The notes under the pieces: model-generated
Seen by the model: the letters and a program-made list of their open reading frames with translations, nothing else
Database searches by the model: none
Told to the model about the DNA's origin: nothing
Program-made: the position numbers and the translations under genes
Part shown: piece by piece, positions 12,101 through 23,888 of the stretch
Layout of the letters: each line of letters begins with the position of its first letter
Position numbering within the stretch: the first letter of the stretch is position 1
From: Camelus dromedarius
Taxonomy: Eukaryota
NCBI RefSeq assembly: GCF_036321535.1
Contig: NC_087437.1
Span: 95,792,001-95,856,000, forward strand
DNA length: 64,000 bases
Direction of reading: 5' to 3'

Positions 12101-14278
12101 TTACTTCTTGAATAAGACCAAGATAGGCAATCCAAAGCAGGCTTTTGAAAAAAATCCTACTCTACCTTTCTTGTCATGTGGGCTTTTTGCATTTGTGCTT
12201 CTCTGTCTCCCTATAGCTACAAGATGGCTGCTTTGGCTCCTGACATCAGAATTTCATCCCGAGGCAAAAAGTAGGATGCAAAACGCTTCTCATAGTAATA
12301 GAAGTCCCCTAAAAGATTTCCAGGGTCAACTGCCAGCTACGGAAATGAGGCCTCTTGGACATCCAGCCTCAGCTGTGCTACCACATGCCTAAATGAAGGC
12401 AGTCACATGAAAAACTCTAGTCAATAACTCATGGAAAGAACAACCACGTAGGTTAGCCCAGCCAAACACAGAATTATGAAGGAAAAAACCCCAAAAACCG
12501 AAAACATTGTTTTAAGCCACTTAGTTTTGAGGTGGTTAGTTACAAAGTAATAGATAACTAAAGTAGCTAAAGTACATAGTGACACCAGTTTCTGGTTTCA
12601 TAAATAAAACCCTGCAAAAAATATCACACACAAACTTTAAAAAAAAAACAAAGCCTTGAAGCTTCCTGTGTTGTATAGGTAAAACATCTATCATGCCATT
12701 TTCTTTGCCTCTCTTTATTCATGCTAGTCTCAATTTTCTTGGCTATTGAATTGATTTTCTAAGAAGAGTTTAAATTATTCAAAGACAGAATAATTGTCTA
12801 GCTACTGAAATAACCTTTTCCTAAAACTGCGTTTGGAACGTAGTGACTATTAAAGGAGGCCTCAGAATTTGGGAATAAAGTCTCACTTTGAGCCCAGAAC
12901 AGGAAAACAGTCAAGCAACTTATAGTAAAAAGAAGCTGGGGGGAGCTGAAGTTAGCAGCCCATACCCTGAGAGATGATTTATAAATGGGTTGATGGCAGG
13001 GATCTGGGATATGCCTGTGCCTGATCAAGGTGACCAGGGTGTAGCCTCAAGTAGACATGTCTGAAATGTGATTGATGTAAAGGAAAATTGCAGGCTAGTC
13101 AATCGTGTCGTACCTTGCTTGACTTGACATAATGGTGCTTGTGGGCATTCAAAGAGAAAAAGAACACTGCAGAGAATGAATTCTCAGTGTTTATCTAATA
13201 CTGTGCAGGGGAAGCAGTGTTCTGATTCAAAGGGCCAAAGTTCTTGAGTTAGAAAAATTCCTAGAGTGGAGGACAATTCATCAATTCACATAGCTTCATG
13301 CTACCCTGTGAGAAAATCCAATTTTCCCTCTCCAAATTTCAGTTTTTCTAAACAGTCTTATGACTTATACTTCTGGGTTTAAATAACCAACCGTACTAGA
13401 AGGGGATGTTTATGCACATTCCCTTTTAACCACAATTAACTGATTCTTGGAAAAGGAAAATTTTTCATTATAGAGAATACTGGGCCATCAAATCATTGGA
13501 TACTATCATAGCATATAATTTCCCCTGTAAAATGCAAGATAATGAGTGAAGAAGAGTAGAGCCAGTTTCAAGGTGTGAATGTGGTGACCATAGTCCACTG
13601 AGCTTACTTGCTAGATAAGTGGTACCCCAATACTCGGATTATAAATAAAATTGGTGACTCACATAATCACAAATGAACTATATAATAGATTCTTGGGTCT
13701 CATACAAGTAGTTGAAAACATAAATGTTAAATACATAAATATCAGAATTCTAGGGTATACATTGACATTTGGTTGATATGTGGGTATTTATTTAAAATTT
13801 ATTAGTTGTTCTTAATAAGTCTGAGCCTCATCAAATCTGGGTATGTTGATAGAATCACTGAAGCAGGCATTCACAGGTACTAATGCCACAGTTTGGTGTC
13901 AGCTTTCTCATCTGCCCAGGCATCTAGTTGACATCTCTCTTCTTCCTCTTCCTTTCTCCTCTCTCCCTCCCTCTCCTTACTCCCTCTCATGTCTTTCAGA
14001 ATTGGTATAAGCATGATAAAGTGGAAGTTTCACTTTTTTGAACTTTCATTTCCTGCTTACCTATCTGAGAAGTGAGAGTGGGTGAGCTGAAAACTGTCTA
14101 TGCATGTATGTGGTCAAGTCACAGAAAATGAATCAAAATGCATAGGACTGCACCTGGGCCAATTAGCTAATGTTATCAGCTTTGAATGAGAGAGTTTAAT
14201 AAGATACCCTATGTTTTGCATTTGAGTTATGAACAATTGATTAAGGTAAAGCTAGGGTAGATTGGATTGGTTATAAAT

Positions 14279-14411
14279 TGGGTGGTCATACACCCTAGTT
14301 TGCTTGGGCCAGTCCTAGTATACCTACTATCCCAGCATAATTTTTAGTATTGCTTCCTTTTACTTACATAAAATGTTCCATGTTTGAAAGATAGATTTTA
14401 TGATCACCTTA
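14279..14411. mobile_element. hAT-Blackjack MITE (MER81-like)
   Basis: Inverted ends gggtggtcata ... tatgatcacc, with internal gtttgcttgggccagtcc. Confidence 0.55.
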
Positions 14412-15464
14412 GTTGTAGAAAAATTTGAAAATAGGTAAAGAGTGAATTTGTGTTGATATTAAGTTACTGTTCCTCCTCTATACATGTTAGAAAATTATAC
14501 ATGTGTGTTGAGTTGAATTCTGCAAAAAATAATATCAGACTATCCTCTAGGGGCTTGACTGCTCACCAACACAAATCTCCTCCCAGTCAGTGACTTTTCG
14601 TCCATAATCCTCACTCCCCCAAATACTTCCAATCTCTTGAAAAATACAAGCTGTACTAATATCTGGTTTAAAGGTATTACAGCATAGCTCAAAATACTGG
14701 GTAATAATATAAGAATTCCTTAACTTTTTGGTGCATTAGGCATAAGGCTAGGGGGAGGTGTGTGGCAAAAAATCAAGCAGTCAGTAAGATCCCATTCCAC
14801 CTCCCCAAAAAGACATGTGAAGTCAGAATTGACAATTATTATATTTCAAATGTGAATAATTGCAGGAATTAAAATTAAAGACCACTCTGTGTCTCAATTT
14901 CCTCATCTGTGACATGGGAATAACAGACCTACCTCATAGTTTGTTTAAAGAACAATCAGTTAATATTTATAAAGGGTTTAGAACAGTGCCTAACATATAA
15001 CTTGTAGTAGACAATGTTTGTTTGAAAAGTGAATAAAACATCAAGAAGTTCACTTTAGATTAACAGTGTGAGTCCTCCCAAATTGTTTTCCAATGCCGAT
15101 TCATGTCTCAATATTTTGTCCAATTTTGGATAAGCTTTTAGTCTTAGAATCAACTATCTAACATAATAACAGAGAGGAATAGACCAAAACTTTTTAAACA
15201 ATTCTACTTCTCTCAACTTTCTTATTTTTTTCTAATATTTTTATTTTTGTTGACAGATAGTAAATGTGTCAGGAGTCCTATCAAAGAAGATACATTAGGA
15301 CTAATTATGATTCTATCAAGGCATACAAATGAGTAAAGCTGATTGTGCTCCATTAAAATTATAAGTGGATTCTGAGATGCATAAGAGGACACAGATGGAC
15401 TCTTGAAACCTCTTCTAGTAACCATGACAGTAAAAGAGGTAGAACACTCCATCCTTATACAAGC

Positions 15465-15618
15465 ACTGGCTCCATAGGTGTGAAGTCAATGCAGTTGCAC
15501 AGGGCTCATTGCTAAGATGAGCCCTGGGTTTGGTTTAACGTTCTGCTGCTGCCATCTTGAAACCAGGGACCCCATATTTTCATTTTGCACTGGGTCCTGT
15601 AAGTGATGTAGCCCCTCT
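15465..15618 (+). mobile_element. MER53-like hAT MITE
   Basis: tgcagttgcacagggc...ttggtttaa..tctgctg..gccatcttgaaa...ttttcattttgcactggg. Confidence 0.75.
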
Positions 15619-16908
15619 TGCCTTGTGCTTCACCAACTATGATTCGAATATCCCCTTACAGAATTGTAAATATCCATGCTATGTTATTTTTTTTCTTTAC
15701 TAGCAACAGGAAATACGTGTTTCAAAAAAAAAAGTCAGATGCAAATCTTTGTCTTAACATACAGAAGACTTAGTCTGATATTTTTAGTTTCCTACTGTGA
15801 GCATTACTTGAATGGCATATCACAATATGCTCCAAATCCAATATGGCTGAAGCTGGACATACTGTGTTCTCCTTCTCCAGTATGTCTGGAGTATTAATCA
15901 TACTATCTTCTTCCTAGTCATTATGCTCAAATCCTCTGTCATCTTTAACTCTCTATTGCCTCCCACAGCCAAATACTTGCTAAGAACTACTAACTTTCCT
16001 TCATAATAACTCTCACTTTGATTCCTTCCTTCTCATTCTCTCAGTCACTGCTATATTGGAAGATCTAATCACTTTTCTTCTAATCCAATTTAATAGTTTC
16101 TTCACTGGTTTCCTGGTCCAGTCTTACACACTACACCCAATTAAATCTACCTATTGCTCTAAGCTTTCTTTTCCTAAACTAAAGCAGTGATCAGGTTTCT
16201 CCTTGGCTCAAAAACTGAAGCTTTTTACTTCCTTCAGAATTAAGTTCATATTCCTTAGTGTGCCATTTATATCTCTATGAATGAATTACAATCTACTAGT
16301 CCAACTTTATCTCTCAACCTCTTTGTATAACATATATTAAAATTACACTGACTCCTTATAGGAGAAAAGATTTGCTGTGTGTATTTATAATTTTGTTAAC
16401 TGCTAAATATGTCTAGTCACTGAATAGGTTTGGAAATAACAAAGAACTAAGAGCTGAAAAAATGAGACTGAAGATGTAGGCAGGGTCCAGATCACAATGG
16501 GTCTTGTAAGCACCATGAAAGAATCTGGTTTGTATTCTGAGTATGTGAGGATCCACTGATGAGTTTAAACAGAAAAGTAAGATGATCAGATTTTATTTAT
16601 TTAACCAGGTCAAGGGTTACCTGGTAGAGAAAAGATTGAGGGAGACATGAGTTACTGGGGAACTTAATCAGGAAAGTACTTATGGGAATGGAGTAAAATT
16701 GTCAAATTCAAGAAATATTTAGAAGGTAGAATCGATAACGTATAAATGTTGAATGGATGTTGAATTAAGGATGACTCCATATTTCTTACTTTAATAACTC
16801 AATAACTAATGAGTCTACTTACTAGCCGAGGGAACAGAAGAAGAGTACCTGGTGATGGTAGAGGTGAGATGTGGGGCTTGGATATACTGATCAGTTTTGA
16901 TGATGAGT

Positions 16909-17284
16909 TGTTAAAAAAACTTAACTGAGTAAACGTTAAAGATCTTCTTGGCTTTATTCAGTGATTTGTGAATTGGGTAGCATCCCATCTAGCAGATTAG
17001 AAAGCTCTGAGGAGCTGTACAAAATTAAAGACTTTCATAGGCAGAAGGGAGTGAGAACAAAGAGGTTTTACCAGCAAACAGTGGATTGGGTGTGGCAAGG
17101 TCACTTTCCTTTAGGGGATGGCAGGGGTCTATCAGGCAGATGACCTCACAAGTACTGACCAGGCAATTCTTGACTGACTGGTTTAAGATTCCATTTCTGG
17201 AGAGACTGAAATTGTAATTTAGTCTCTATGATATAAGGTTTTACATAGTGACTCCATTTTAGACCTGTTGTTCTGTTTTTAGCA
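16909..17284 (-). mobile_element. ERV1-type solo LTR inserted into an L2 relic (~16450-17400)
   Basis: TG...CA ends, antisense polyA signal (tttatt) and near-TSD gagt/gaat. Confidence 0.6.
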
Positions 17285-18329
17285 GAATTATTTAAAACTA
17301 TGTCATGGAGCAGTGAGAAGGGGCACTGAAAGAAGAGAACTCCAAGACAAACGTCATTCATTTAGTAATTCTGCATGGAGTCAGTCTTGATTAACTGGGT
17401 TTAGCAAGTTTTGGTTATGTATAAGATTGCAAAAGTAAAGGCCAATTAGTGTCTTTTAGGGGAATAGAGAATGTACAGGTCAGAAACAAAACTGTTCAAG
17501 GAAGGATTTAATAGCAAAATGATAGATTTAATTTTGCTTGTAGGGCTCACATTTTTAATCTTCCAATTTGTCTTTCTTTTTAGATTAATTTTAATCTCTT
17601 TAAGAGGGTGCAAAGAAAAAACATCTACTGACCAAGGTGCTTTATGGTTTGGGAGGGTTTATTTACTCAGTTTTTAGCTGAGAAGAAGCTTGTGCTAAGT
17701 ATTCAACCTAACAAACGTTACAATCTAGGGAAATAATGAGAATGAGGGTAAGTGAGAGGTCTTCTCATTTTAACAGAAAGATGTCAGAATTCTCTGAAGG
17801 CACTTTTCAGACTGAAATGATGGCCACATTTTTGTTGATCAAGGGTAATTCTGCCTGTAAGTTTCTGCCTGGTACATAGCTCTTGGATAATGGTAAAAGA
17901 TATTACACACCCTCCCACCTGGTATTACAGCATGCACAGCAATAATGAAGACAGATTAGTGCTATTTACCTACTGACACTGACAAGAGTAGCTTGTCTTT
18001 GTTCCTTTATTTTATCATTAAAGTCTTGTTTTTCAGCATTACATTGCCTGAAGACAGCATGCTACAGTCTTGAATACCAAAGGAAAGGTGTTTAAATGGC
18101 ATTAATGGCTTGGATCACCTCCTGACTAAGACCAAGGATATTCAAACTTAATGCTTTCCTCTGTCTTTAATTTACACTTTTATGGAAACATAATGAACTT
18201 GAAGGAAAAAAACATTTTTTTTTTAATGTTAGAGCTAGGACTAGAAGTGGGAAAGGGGTGAGCTAATTCCCTGTATTTTTTAATATATTTATATAAAATA
18301 TATGATATTTTGGTTTATTAGGTGATATG

Positions 18330-19792
18330 TGGTAAGAAAGCTACCAAAATCCTTATGTTCACCCTAACATTATATACTCTCACAGATGCCAGATGGGAAG
18401 GTAATAAAGTTGATGGACAAGTTCAAATTTTTTGACAGACGACATTGAGAGGAATATTAGAAAAACTCAGTTTGAATATCACTAAGAATTTTTCTTTTGG
18501 AATCTGCCATTTTTTATTGATCTCTTATTACTCTTGGACACCAAGACAATTGATGACTTTTTTTTTTACTGTTACTGTCTCCTCCCCACATGAATGTACC
18601 TCTTTAATTCAAACACAAGTCCTTGATGTGGGATAGGAAGATCTTGGATAAAGTGTGAGTGGATCACATCATCCTGCCCTATTCCTGTCAGCTGTCACTG
18701 TCATTTCCTTAAAGCAGTGTATCGGATTTGTTCAGCTTTACCTCCACCTCAGAAGCCCAGCCTGACTGCAGAATTCTAGACCAGTTCAAAGATTCTTCTT
18801 TTGGCAAAGACCAAGTAGGCATTTGTGCATCGGGTAGGGTTCGTAGTGTCAGCCACGTCAGGTCTCTCAACGGTAATTTCGATACAACTGAGTTGAAACT
18901 ATTTTCAAATATCAGCCTGCAGTGGGGAACTGTGTTGGCATTACTTAACTTCTTTCTGACAGCCAGGTCAGCTCCACTGTGACACTTGTACCCAATTTGT
19001 TTTCCCTCCTCCTCATCAATGATCACAGAACCATCATTTCCTCTTGATATTGTTTTAGAGTTGAATTTTTGTTAGCGGCAGATTTTTTGCTTGCTTTTTA
19101 TTCTCCTCTTGAAAACTTTGGGGGCAGAGACTGTATTTGCTTAGGGACATAAATGTTGGACTTTTAAGCAAGTTTTTGAGGGAGGGTCCATATCATCCCG
19201 TAAGGATGAGTATGCTCCATTCACACAAACTTAGGATGAAAATGGGGAGGAGCAGACAGTGTCAGAATGGCTTCTTAACTGGGGCCAGTGCTGGAAGGAT
19301 TCTTAGTTCATACAGAGATGACATCATTTCATAAGGTGACAGGGGTTCCTTCCTCTGTAGTGACCGCGGAGGTTAGATCTATTTCATCATGTGAAAGATC
19401 ACAAGTGGAGAAAGACTTAGAGTAAGATGGCAGGTATGAATTCTACTGAGGTTGAAACTTTGCGTTTTTGTAAGGCAGACAATGTGAACCCTCTGGAGCC
19501 TGGGTGCTCTAGAATCAGAACAATATTAAATAACAGTTGCCCAGGACCATATCATGGTTCTCCTTAAAGTTTCAAGCATATGTCTCTGAAGAATTTCCTT
19601 TTGAACAGAGTCACTAAGTGTGATATCCTTTTTACACTACGCTATGTGGGACACATTTTTACAAGAAACACACCATCTATATCTGAATATTTGAGAGAAA
19701 TGGCTCTTACTACAGAAACGTATGGGATAGGGGTTTGTGTCTGCACAGCTTTTCAGAAAGTCATGCCAGTAATAAGAAAAGCAATAACGTAT
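18330..19792 (-). pseudogene. Long terminal pseudo-exon of module A (IRYCFSYYWHDFLKSC...)
   Basis: Acceptor ctgaccccgctttcccctctctacAG. YYWHDFLKS resembles the RGS terminal helix (xYPRFLKS). About 1.4 kb without recognisable repeats, including the 105-aa ORF 18709-19026. The 3' boundary is approximate. Confidence 0.5.
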
Positions 19793-19857
19793 CTGTAGAG
19801 AGGGGAAAGCGGGGTCAGGAAATAATTTACGATGTGTGAGAAAAGATCTTTACATAC

Positions 19858-20391
19858 AGGCAAAGAATTTTACAATTTAGCAGGATGATGTTAATAGTGC
19901 ATTTATGAGATTCCCCTTCTCAAAGGTGTTCGGCTTTTCAGCTGGCTTTGAAAGTTACACGTAACTAGTCACTGCTGCAGGGTAACACATATTCCCCTTC
20001 CAAGTTATGAGAATCTGCTGTGGAGGAGGCACAGCCTGGGTGGGCAGAAGCTATAAATGTATTTTTCATCTGTCCACTCATACCCTTTTTTTCTGATTTT
20101 TTTTTTTTTGAGATATTTTTCAGTTTGCCAATGTCATAAGATTTGTGAGAGATTGTTTTTTTCTTTAGTTGGTTTCCAGCTTACTGAACTGAGGAAAGGG
20201 ATGGTGGCCTTTAAATTATAAAACTGCCAGGTTGAAATGCATATTTTTGTAAATTGCTTTCTTCCACCATTCTTTAGGAAAATTTCAATCATAAAGAAAT
20301 ACTGATTATATTTCACAGCAGGATTGGTTGATTCAATCCCCTAATCCCTTCTTTGCATAAAACATACTTTCTTTCAGAATTCTGAATGTTA
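19858..20391 (-). pseudogene. Pseudo-exon with RGS motif (EIFLKNGG../KNMHFNLAVL*FKG ... DEKYIYSFCP)
   Basis: KNMHFNLAVL*FK resembles ENxxFWLAVExFK. Followed by a 65-nt GT..AG intron with a CTGAC branch point and pyrimidine tract. Confidence 0.55.
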
Positions 20392-20548
20392 CTAATAGAA
20401 GCAAATTGCTGGATCAAATTAGTGAAATGGACATATTTTGAAACAGTGTATTAGAGAAGTTTTTTTGAAGACAACTCAAACAAGATATGTCCCTTTTCTA
20501 AATAGTTTCTTTAGCAAGACTGTTTGCAAGCAAACAATCTTACCACAA

Positions 20549-20800
20549 GTAATGAGAAGCCAGATATGGGATCTTGTACCTCCAGGTCAGTAGTTCAAAT
20601 CTGGCCTAGATCAGCGATGACTGAAAATCGTTACCGGTGGATGGCTTCATAATGTTCTCAATAAAAGATTCAATGGACTTGGTTGCACTCTGCTTGTTAG
20701 TAGACAAGTGCTCAGGTGACAAATCATGTCACACCTCACGTGACACATCCTTGAACACACTGGCACTAAATGACACTTTTGTTGGTTATTTCATTAAATT
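20549..20800 (+). mobile_element. LF-SINE (ancient vertebrate SINE) fragment
   Basis: Three collinear blocks match the recalled LF-SINE consensus: gtaatg..gatatggga..acctccaggtcagtagttcaaatctggcctagatcagcgatgactgaaaatcgttacc..gatggct; tagtagacaagtg..acaaatc; ctggcactaaatgacacttttgttgg. Confidence 0.8.
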
Positions 20801-21040
20801 GGCTCAATATTTACTGAAGTGAAAACCAGATAGCCATGTCATCTTCACAAATCATATCCATTGATGTATAATCTGATTTTGCTTAAACTAACACTATAAA
20901 TAGTTTATACTTGAGTAAGTACACAGAACTGTGACCTAAATTTTATATTTTACATGATATATTCAAGAAAGAGCTTGGAATATTTCAAGAATGCATTATT
21001 TTTAATACTGAGGAGTTTAATACTGAGGTGTTTATTTTAC

Positions 21041-21110
21041 CTTACAGATTTATTCCAACGCATGGCATAATTCTGTAAATTGGAAAACTGCCCTTTTATT
21101 CATTTCTCGA
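21041..21110 (-). pseudogene. Pseudo-exon, module A
   Basis: tttcctttcttgttgtAG| ... aag|GTAAAA. In frame with both neighbouring exons. Confidence 0.55.
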
Positions 21111-21188
21111 CTACAACAAGAAAGGAAATTATTCTAAAATCTTTCACTCACTTTTCCAATAATACTCCAAAGAAAATGTTTACTCCAT

Positions 21189-21739
21189 TGTTAGGTAGGA
21201 AAAAATTTTCCTCTACCCTTCTAAGTTCATCTGGCTGGTCTGGGAGTTAAAGTGACATGAGACAGATTAATAGGAGAAAATCAAACAAAAGTTTAATAGC
21301 ATATACACCTGGAAGAGCCCCAGGCAATCTGAGTAACTTGCCCCAAAGGCTGAAGATCTCACCTTAAATACCATCTTTAATTCAAGACAAAAGTAGTTTG
21401 GGACTTCAAAGGAGGGGAAGGCAGTTCACTTGGAGATGGAAAAGCAAATGCTTGGTGAACAAATGTTTGCTGGGCCCTGCCGAGTCAAGGAGACACAAAG
21501 TGGAATTTTAACAGACTTTGCTAGTTCCTCTCTGTCTACCATGGCTAGTTCATATTATACTATTGTGATCTCTGGTGATAGTTCCTCTCCTGGAACAGGT
21601 CTTCTATCTACATACTTTTAGGAAGTTAAGGGGCAGGTCAAAGGTTTATCCTAAGTCTTCTGGGCCTTAAAATAACCAGCCTAAATTAATCCTCATGCAA
21701 AAGAGACACATTTGGGGTGGCAAATTTTGCTCTCCTGCA
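21189..21739 (-). mobile_element. ERV1-type solo LTR
   Basis: TG...CA ends with a perfect 4-bp TSD (CCAT). Confidence 0.85.
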
Positions 21740-21818
21740 CCATTGAGAACTGGGCTGTGCTTTCACGTAGGTGAGCTGAGTTTTGGTGGAAAACCAGGAT
21801 AAGAATAATTCTTGGAAG

Positions 21819-22290
21819 TGATGGAATTCAGGACATACTATCTCAAAATAGGGTACTTGGCACATTAAGTATTTCAAGCTGAAGGAATTTGAGAAGTGAC
21901 AGATGCAGGTCTTCCCCGAAGAAAGTCTTAAATCCCTCATGTGAGAGGTGTCCTCCCTCTACCCAGAGGAAAGGAGCACCCTTATCTCTGAAGACTAAAG
22001 CACACAGAGAGGAATCTTAAGGAACAGGCTTCGCTAAGGTTCCCCCAGTTAATTACACTCAGCTTATAATCTTTGTCCTGCCATCTTCCCACAACTTTTT
22101 ATTCTTCATCAGACCAGCATCAAAACATTCAGTTTTACCCATTTGTTCAGGTCTCCATTTCCTTATGAAGGGTCCCATGTCACACAGACCTTACATTAAA
22201 TACATTTGTATGCATCTGTCTTTTGTTACAGGGATCCCAGTCAAGAACTTAGAGAAGAGTAGAGGGAAAAGAGTTTTTTCCTCCCTCGTA
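21819..22290 (+). mobile_element. ERV1 solo LTR (MER34-like)
   Basis: tgatggaattcaggacatacta..caaaata.. start and 4-bp TSD GAAG. Homologous to 60629-61148. Confidence 0.85.
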
Positions 22291-22557
22291 GAAGGCATTA
22301 AAAATGGCACATTATTAAATATGGGAAGAAAGGACTGTGATAAGTTGAAAGGGGCTGCCTGCTCTGCTGTCACTCTCCCAGCAGGAAGAGAGTTTGGGCT
22401 GGAGGGGAGGAAGCCAGAATGTATGTTATGCCCTCCATAAAGTAACTTCCGCAGTGGTGTTTCTCCAAAGAGGCTTCCAAATACTTGTAGCCGTCTTCAT
22501 CATATCTCATGCAGTTCTCACCAGGCTTTTTCCTCTTGTCCTTTGAGATAATGATAC

Positions 22558-23175
22558 TGAGATAGGAGGGAACCGGGCAGGGGACAACCATCAAAAGAAT
22601 GACACAGCCATTGAGGATAGGACGTAAACTGGTTAGACCCAGCAAGGCCCAAGATGGAGGAAGATTTGAATTCCAGTAGACCTTGAGCCTCATTATAGGC
22701 TCACTGTAATATATTAGCATGCCTAATGACAGACCCACAGGCACCATCACAGTTCCCAGGCTGCCCATAAAAGGCCAAGAAGTGGGTGGGGGCCCAATTC
22801 CTGGAAATCCCCACCCCTTCCGCAAAACAGTTGGAATAATCCTCCCACTTGTTAGTGTATGAAATTACCCAGCCCATAAAAACTAACGATCCCACACCCC
22901 AGGGCCTCTCTTGCCTTCTGAGATGGGTCACACTCTGCTATGCAGTGTGTACCTCCTTGGATAAATCTACTTCCGTTTTACTATGGGATATATATCCCCT
23001 AGGGCTGATCTCACTTTCCTGGATGACCCCATGCTCTGGGGCTGCTCTCCCTTCTAAGATGAACTACATTCTGTCTGTGGAATGTATATCTCTCTAAATA
23101 AACTTGCTTTCACCTTCCTGTATCATGCTCTTGAATTCTTTACTGAGTGAGACAAGAACCTACTCTCTGGTAACA
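22558..23175 (+). mobile_element. ERV1 solo LTR
   Basis: TG...CA ends, internal AATAAA and a perfect 4-bp TSD (ATAC). Confidence 0.85.
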
Positions 23176-23713
23176 ATACTTTGCATTTCTGTCCTGTTCG
23201 ACAGTGCATAGAGTCCTTTTTACACATTATCATATTTAATTTGAAGCCTCACAAAGCCCAGTGGCCTAAGAGGCTAAGTGACTTGCCCTAAATTACACAG
23301 CCAAAGGAGAGCATATAATGCAGATCTCTTATCACTCCCACTGGTTTCCAAGTTGTGGCCTTTGAATCTGAAGGAGTGAATGAGGAGAAGAACTCAGTCA
23401 CTGTTGCAGGGGTTATAAGACTCCAGATACATAGAAGGTATAGCCAGTTGACCGAGTATGTGATATATCCTTTCCACATATGTGCAGACTGTCAAAAGTA
23501 TATAGATGCTACTGTCTAATGGCATACAATTCTATTTCAAAATTACTGAATGTTATCGAGTTTATTATGTAGCTCTTTATAAATGCATATTAAACATATA
23601 AATCTCTGGGAACTCATTTTTTTTTTCCTATTGTGGGAGTATCCTCAAGAATTAAACATTTGGGCATCCCAGCACTATGGTCTGGTGCCTCCCAGACCCA
23701 CCTTATGTGTTAC

Positions 23714-23888
23714 CTGAAATTTGCAACATCACAAAGACATTCCCAAACTGAGCGCACATCTCTGGAGATGGCACTGCCTTTGGATCTCCCTCCTCATCTC
23801 CCTCCCAGCTTTTGCAAACGTGAAGAACAGGAACAAATGATAAAAATAATCTTTACTGTTGTTTGAATAGACATTTAGATTCTTCCAC
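23714..23888 (-). pseudogene. Pseudo-exon, module A (VEESKCLFKQQ*...)
   Basis: ccactcctctAG| ... cag|GTAACA. 58 codons + 1 nt with one stop. Phase 1 matches exon 21110-21041 (VEK*IKGQFSNLQNYAMRW). Confidence 0.6.

Larger units (their letters stand above)
20..13260 (-). pseudogene. Decayed multi-exon RGSL1-like pseudogene, module B (continues beyond window start)
   Basis: Minus-strand segments 13260-13114, 10580-10490, 7961-7874, ~6757-6447, 5757-5384, 941-~600 and 200-20, with canonical acceptors and donors. Their motifs (EFILC; RLLKFRFADVECIV; NNGMSSVV...KL/SY; INFDLKSDNLTAGQ; LASGNG..SAQ..FLNADSFLEKD) occur in the same order as the RGSL1 segments recalled from memory. Confidence 0.6.

Noticed and set aside
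13114..13260. Phase-0 reading EFF*LKNFGP..QY*INTENS as an RGS helix 3-4
   Set aside because: It has two stops versus one in the phase-1 frame, whose EFILC motif fits the RGSL1 order better. The frame remains uncertain.
22370..22825. 151-aa minus-strand ORF
   Set aside because: It lies largely antisense within an ERV1 LTR and has no protein motif.
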